Shown piece by piece: positions 59,410 to 64,000 of a DNA stretch of 64,000 nucleotides. Position 1 is the stretch's first letter; each line of letters starts with the position of its first letter. This DNA comes from a bacterium (GTDB lineage Bacteria > Electryoneota > Electryoneia > Electryoneales > Electryoneaceae), in assembly GCA_963675295.2 (NCBI GenBank), contig CAXXKJ010000002.1, forward strand, positions 2,944,001 to 3,008,000, given 5' to 3'. The translations under genes were made by a program, and so were the position numbers. A model generated the notes under the pieces. That model ran no database searches. It was not told where the DNA came from and saw nothing but the letters and a program-made list of their open reading frames with translations.

Positions 59410-61221
59410 TCAAAGGGATTCGAGCAGATCCAGCTGGTTGATGAGGTGTTCCGATTTCGGAAGCTCGAGGGTAAACGTCGTTCCGACGCCGATTTCGCTG
59501 TCGAGACTGACCTTGCCGCCGTGCGCGAGTGCGATGTGTTTCACAATCGCCAGCCCGAGTCCGGTCCCCCCTTCGGCACGACTGCGGCCCTTGTCGACGC
59601 GGTAGAAACGCTCGAATACGCGCGGCAGGTGTTCCTGGGCGATACCGACGCCCTCATCCTCGACCTCGAGCAGGATACGCTTCTTTTTATCCATCACGCG
59701 TACGCGCACGGTTGTGCCGTTATCGCTATACTTGATCGCGTTGGTCAGCAGGTTGATCAGTGCCTGTTCGATCAACGGTGGATTGATCACGGCACGCACA
59801 CCCTTCTCACCTTCCCTCACGATAGTCGTTCGGTGCGATTTCGCAATCTGCTCGACGGATGTCAGCGCGCTGTTCATCACGTCGTCGAGATTGGCTTCTT
59901 CCAGCTCGATACCCAATCCCTCGGCGTCCCGCTCGATCCGGGCGAGGCTGAGCAGGTCCTCGATGATCCTTTCGAGGCGTTCACTTTGGCGCAGCACGAT
60001 CTGCAGGAACTGCCTCGCGGCCTCGGGATCTTCGTAGACAGTTTCCTCGAGGGTCTCGATGTAGCCGATGATCGAAGTGACCGGAGTCCGCAGCTCGTGG
60101 GAAACGTTTGCGACGAAATCTCGGCGCGCTTTTTCCAGCCTGCGGAGACGGGTGACGTCATTAAGCACGACCACTGCGCCCATGCTTCGGCCGTCCTCGT
60201 CGCGGAGCGGCCGGCCGTGAATCTGGATGTAGCGTGGATCGAGGTCACCGAGCAACAGCTCATCTTCGACTTCGTCCTCGGTCTGCAGCGACTTGCCGAT
60301 AAAGTTGCGCAGATCGGAATTCTCGATGACGTCACGAACCGTGCGTCCACGAACTTTCGACCGTTTCAGCGAGAACATCCTCGCGGCGGCTTTGTTGATT
60401 GAGATCAGCAACCCCTCGGCATCCACCGCGAGCACGCCGTCCGAAATGGAGGTGAAGACGGCGTCCTGTTCATTGCGTTGCCGTTCGATCACCCGGATGC
60501 GGTCATCCAGCTGAATCAGCATAAGGTTGATCGCTTCTGCGAGCGCGGCAACTTCCTCCCCACCTTCCTCGGGCAACCGTCCCTCGCGGTCACCAGCCGC
60601 CACCCGGCGCGCGTACAACTTCATCTGTTCCAACGGTTGCGAAATGCGGCGGGCATTAACCCAGCTGACAGCAGCCGCGGCGAGTGCGACGATCAACGAC
60701 CCGAGGCCGATCGTGATCAACAGGACGCGGATGGTATCGTTGACCGATTTCAGCGATTTCGAGGTACGGATGATCGCGAACACTTTCTCATCGTGGAGCA
60801 GGGGGACCGCGACGTACATCATATCGGTTTGCAGCGTTGCGGAGAAGCGGCGGCTGCTGCCGGTTTCGCCATGCAAAGCGGTTTTCACTTCCGGACGGTT
60901 GTTGTGCAGGTCCATTTCGTGCGGATCGTGCTCAGAGTCCGCCAGCACGACGCCGTCAGGGCGAATGATGGTGATACGCGTGTCGGACCGGTGGCCGAGC
61001 GTTCGCACCACCTGGTTCAAACTGTCGGGTTGACTGGTTTCGAGCAGAGTGAGGATTTCCGGCTCGATCAGGCGCGCGCGGGCTGCGAGGTTGTCCTCGG
61101 TTTCCGCCATAAAGAACGAGTGCAGCATGCTGGCAGTGAAAATGGTCACCACCAGGATGGAGATCAGCGTGATCAGCAGGTAGGATGGAAATAACTGCCA
61201 GACAATGCGGCGTCGCTTCAT
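59410..61221 (-). CDS. phoR: Sensor histidine kinase PhoR-like (TM-Cache-HAMP-PAS-HisKA-HATPase)
   Basis: H..RPEV..AL, RFS.TL..DM.YVA, RRDFVANVSHELRTP, NL..NAIKYS, FERFYRVDK.RSR..GGTGLGLAIVKH. Confidence 0.85.
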   Translation of the reverse strand: MKRRRIVWQLFPSYLLITLISILVVTIFTASMLHSFFMAETEDNLAARARLIEPEILTLLETSQPDSLNQVVRTLGHRSDTRITIIRPDGVVLADSEHDPHEMDLHNNRPEVKTALHGETGSSRRFSATLQTDMMYVAVPLLHDEKVFAIIRTSKSLKSVNDTIRVLLITIGLGSLIVALAAAAVSWVNARRISQPLEQMKLYARRVAAGDREGRLPEEGGEEVAALAEAINLMLIQLDDRIRVIERQRNEQDAVFTSISDGVLAVDAEGLLISINKAAARMFSLKRSKVRGRTVRDVIENSDLRNFIGKSLQTEDEVEDELLLGDLDPRYIQIHGRPLRDEDGRSMGAVVVLNDVTRLRRLEKARRDFVANVSHELRTPVTSIIGYIETLEETVYEDPEAARQFLQIVLRQSERLERIIEDLLSLARIERDAEGLGIELEEANLDDVMNSALTSVEQIAKSHRTTIVREGEKGVRAVINPPLIEQALINLLTNAIKYSDNGTTVRVRVMDKKKRILLEVEDEGVGIAQEHLPRVFERFYRVDKGRSRAEGGTGLGLAIVKHIALAHGGKVSLDSEIGVGTTFTLELPKSEHLINQLDLLESL

Positions 61222-61227
61222 GACGTC

Positions 61228-61917
61228 CTATTCCCGGAAACGGTAGCCGACGCCACGGACGGTTTCAATCAGATCAGCGGCGGATTTCAGTTTTTTGCGC
61301 AGACCGACAATCTGCACGTCCACGCTGCGATCCGACACCGGGTGATCCTCGCCTCGGACAGCGTCCACGATCTGGTACCGGGTGAACACCCAGCCCGGCC
61401 GTTTGGCGAGCAGATGCAGGATCTTGAACTCGGTGAAGGTGAGATCGATAACTTCACCATCAACCGCGACCTCGTGCCGTCCCGGGTGAATCTTCAGCCC
61501 TTCGCGTTCGATAATCGCTTCTTCGTCCGAGCTTTCTTCGCCGACGCCCCGCCGTAACACGGCTTTAACTCGCGCGATCAGCACTCGCGGACGGAACGGC
61601 TTGGTGATGTAGTCGTCGGCGCCGAGCTCGAGACCGGTGACAATATCCGGTTCCTCGCCCTTGGCGGTGAGGATGATGACGCGGATGTTTCTCAGTTCCG
61701 GATCATTGCGTACGGACTTGCAAACCTCCAGCCCGTCCATGCCGGGCAGCATCAAGTCGAGGATCAGCAGATCCGGCCTGCGATCGGCGCAGATGCGGAG
61801 ACCTTCTTCGCCGGTCGGGACATCGCTGACCGTATAGCCTTCCCGCTCGAGGTTGTATTTGATCAACCCGCGAATATCTTCTTCGTCCTCAACAATGAGG
61901 ATATGCTCCTTCGGCAT
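61228..61917 (-). CDS. phoB: OmpR-family response regulator PhoB/PhoP-like
   Basis: ILIVEDE, LDLMLPGMDG, LTAKGEE.D.V.GLELGADDYITKPF, R.VDV.I..LRKK, IETVRGVGY. Confidence 0.85.
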   Translation of the reverse strand: MPKEHILIVEDEEDIRGLIKYNLEREGYTVSDVPTGEEGLRICADRRPDLLILDLMLPGMDGLEVCKSVRNDPELRNIRVIILTAKGEEPDIVTGLELGADDYITKPFRPRVLIARVKAVLRRGVGEESSDEEAIIEREGLKIHPGRHEVAVDGEVIDLTFTEFKILHLLAKRPGWVFTRYQIVDAVRGEDHPVSDRSVDVQIVGLRKKLKSAADLIETVRGVGYRFRE

Positions 61918-62166
61918 GGTCACTCCGTGGTGCGGTACGCCTGTTCACGTGTGAAAACCGGTGCAAGCTGGAATCTAGCTAACAAGTGTGCTCGAATCCA
62001 ATTGTCCGGTTTTTTCCCCATGGATGGGAGTATATTCTACCGCTGGCGCGGCATCCCTGCCATCCGTCAACGGTTGGAAAGAGCCGACGCATTATTGAGA
62101 ACATGTTAGAGCCATATTTACCTCTTGTGCGTTCTCAGTTTGGGCAAACCTTACGGATTGCAGGCT

Positions 62167-62856
62167 ATGGATCGCGAAACAACCCTGAAAGTACTGGACT
62201 ATCTCAACAGCTACCTCACCGAGAACAAGCGACAGAAGTTTGAGCAGGTGCTGGACCAACGCACGCGCCACATCACCGTCGTGCTCGAGGATATCTATCA
62301 GCCGCACAACTCGTCCGCGGTGATCCGCAGCTTGGACTGTTTCGGGGTTCAGGATCTGCACATCATCGAGAACAAGAACCGGTTCACGTTGAACCCGAAC
62401 ATATCGGCGGGCGCCTCCAAATGGACCACGATGCACCGTTACAACAAACGGGATACGAACAATACGCCGTCGTGCATCGAGAGGTTGAAGGAGCGCGGCT
62501 ACCGCATTTACGCAACCACGCCGCATGTGGACGACGTCGATTTGCCGGATCTGTCGATCGAGGAACCGCTTGCACTGGTCTTCGGCACCGAAGACACCGG
62601 CGTGACACCGGAGATGCTCGAGGCTGCGGACGGCTTCGTGCGCATCCCGATGTTCGGCTTCACGGAAAGCTTCAACATTTCGGTGTCGGTGGCGTTGACG
62701 CTGTACGATCTCACCACCCGCCTGCACCGCAGCGCGGTGAACTGGAGTCTGAGCGATGACGAGAAGCTGGAGCTTCGTCTGAACTGGGCCCGGAAGGTGC
62801 TGGCGCGTCACAAGGGCTTGGAACAACGCTTCCTCGAGGAACAGGGGTTGGTGTAA
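62167..62856 (+). CDS. trmH: tRNA (guanosine-2'-O)-methyltransferase, TrmH/SpoU family
   Basis: VVLEDIYQPHNSSAVIRS.DCFGVQ, GASKW, ALVFGTE..GV, IPMFGFTESFNISVS. Confidence 0.88.
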   Translation: MDRETTLKVLDYLNSYLTENKRQKFEQVLDQRTRHITVVLEDIYQPHNSSAVIRSLDCFGVQDLHIIENKNRFTLNPNISAGASKWTTMHRYNKRDTNNTPSCIERLKERGYRIYATTPHVDDVDLPDLSIEEPLALVFGTEDTGVTPEMLEAADGFVRIPMFGFTESFNISVSVALTLYDLTTRLHRSAVNWSLSDDEKLELRLNWARKVLARHKGLEQRFLEEQGLV

Positions 62857-62962
62857 GTGCGTAAATAGAGCGAAGAGAGCATGGAGCTGCGAGCCATGCG
62901 ACCGATTGAGGTGACCGAGCGTCCTGTGGTTGAAAGCAACACACGTGTGGTGCAAGAAACAG

Positions 62963-63481
62963 ATGAAAACGTTTGAAGAGTTGCTGAAACCTGTCTACCC
63001 CGAACTCGTGCGGTATTCGCGTGCGATGGCTGGCTCGAGTGCGGATGGTGACGACCTGTTGCAGGACGCTCTGCTGAACGCGTGGCGGAAGTTTCACACG
63101 TTACGTGACCCGGACGGCTTCAAGTTCTGGATGTTGAAGATCATCAAGAACGCGAACATCAGCCGCGAACGGTCACGGAGGTTCAAGAGCTGGATTGGTC
63201 TGGACGCGTTGCAGCGTGTCCCGTCGCCGGAACCGATGCCGTATGAGGACAAGGAACTGGTGCGGACCGCGTTGGCGAAGGTGCCGAAAGATCAACGTGA
63301 AGCGGTCATCCTCTACGAGATTCTTGGAATGTCGGTGAAGGAGATCGCGCAGCAGCAGAAGGCGAGTGAGTCGGCGGTGAAGAACCGGCTGTCGCGTGGA
63401 CGCAAGCGTCTGCGGGTTGAGGTGTCAGCACTCACAACATTGGAGAAGGGTCATGGACAAGCGTTTGCCGAAAGCTGTTGA
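62963..63481 (+). CDS. ECF RNA polymerase sigma factor
   Basis: D.DDLLQDALL.AWR, F..W.LKI..N, L..VP..QREAVIL....GMS..EIA......AVK.RLSRGR. Alternative TTG start at 62930. Confidence 0.88.
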   Translation: MKTFEELLKPVYPELVRYSRAMAGSSADGDDLLQDALLNAWRKFHTLRDPDGFKFWMLKIIKNANISRERSRRFKSWIGLDALQRVPSPEPMPYEDKELVRTALAKVPKDQREAVILYEILGMSVKEIAQQQKASESAVKNRLSRGRKRLRVEVSALTTLEKGHGQAFAESC

Positions 63482-64000
63482 GCACGGGCTGCGCGAGCTG
63501 TCCGAGGAACAGCCGGACAACTTCCAGCTCGAACGCTCCCTGGCCCGAGTGCGTCAACACCACTCCCACAGGAGAAACCGATTCATGAACAAGACTTGGA
63601 TTCCGGTCGCGGTTGTCGCGGTGGTTTTAGCCGCCCTGTTGCTGATCCCGGCGACGTACACGGTCACGGTTGGTTCGATTGTTGAAATCAAGGTTCCGAG
63701 CATGGACCAGTCTGTCGCGATGAACCTCGCGCAGGCAACCCGGGACCTGCCCGGCGTGCAGAGCGCCAACATGATGATGACTCCGGACGGCCTGACCTTG
63801 CGTTTCGCCAGTTCGGAAACAAACCAGTCCGCGATCAAGCATACCATTCTCGATGCGGCGAAACCGATGCTCGCCGGCATGGACTACGATGTCAGCACCG
63901 AGGCAGTTACGGTCGAGCGCGGTGGCAACGCCCTCGCGGCGATCACCGGCGGCACGATTCGTCTCAACGTAGCCGGCATGAGCGACGACGAAATCGAAGC
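63453..64000 (+). CDS. Putative single-TM anti-sigma factor (3' truncated by window edge)
   Basis: Not in the ORF track because it has no stop in the window. ATG 63453 overlaps the sigma 3' end: MDKRLPKAVEHGLRELSEEQP...MNKTWIPVAVVAVVLAALLLIP..., open to the window end. Confidence 0.7.
   Translation, partial: MDKRLPKAVEHGLRELSEEQPDNFQLERSLARVRQHHSHRRNRFMNKTWIPVAVVAVVLAALLLIPATYTVTVGSIVEIKVPSMDQSVAMNLAQATRDLPGVQSANMMMTPDGLTLRFASSETNQSAIKHTILDAAKPMLAGMDYDVSTEAVTVERGGNALAAITGGTIRLNVAGMSDDEIE

Overview
A GC-rich bacterial window, probably from an FCB-superphylum lineage. The basis is three proteins with T9SS type-A-like 'PNPFNP...SGVYF...K.VL.K' C-terminal domains plus a PorV-like gene. 1-26 kb is a redox and central-metabolism region: YyaL-like protein, c-heme MCP, cls, nitroreductase, pntAA-pntAB-pntB, FG-GAP secreted protein, katG, glutathione peroxidase, NHLRC2/SOQ1-like thioredoxin, LKR/SDH-like dehydrogenase, O-methyltransferase, rubredoxin, pdhABC-lpdA and lipoate ligase. 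26.4-53.6 kb is a ~27 kb minus-strand alpha-glucan locus. It has a TonB-dependent receptor with no SusD, followed instead by a ~1200-aa Ca-binding/Fn3/CTD protein and a PorV-like barrel. Downstream come a CBM-only CTD protein, two GH13s, a debranching enzyme, an esterase, a GH57, a MalE-MalF fusion, MalG and MalK, and four shared LacI-like boxes punctuate the locus. 54.3-61.9 kb is a TBDR/beta-helix lipoprotein pair next to phoR-phoB, with 11-bp-spaced Pho-box-like repeats. The window ends with trmH and an ECF sigma/anti-sigma pair. A GGGGACACTT...AAGTGTCCCC palindrome family occurs at three loci, and one cluster is read in frame at the 5' end of the MalE-MalF gene. No rRNA, tRNA, CRISPR or transposase was recognised. 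Family assignments come from motif recognition by eye; no searches were run.
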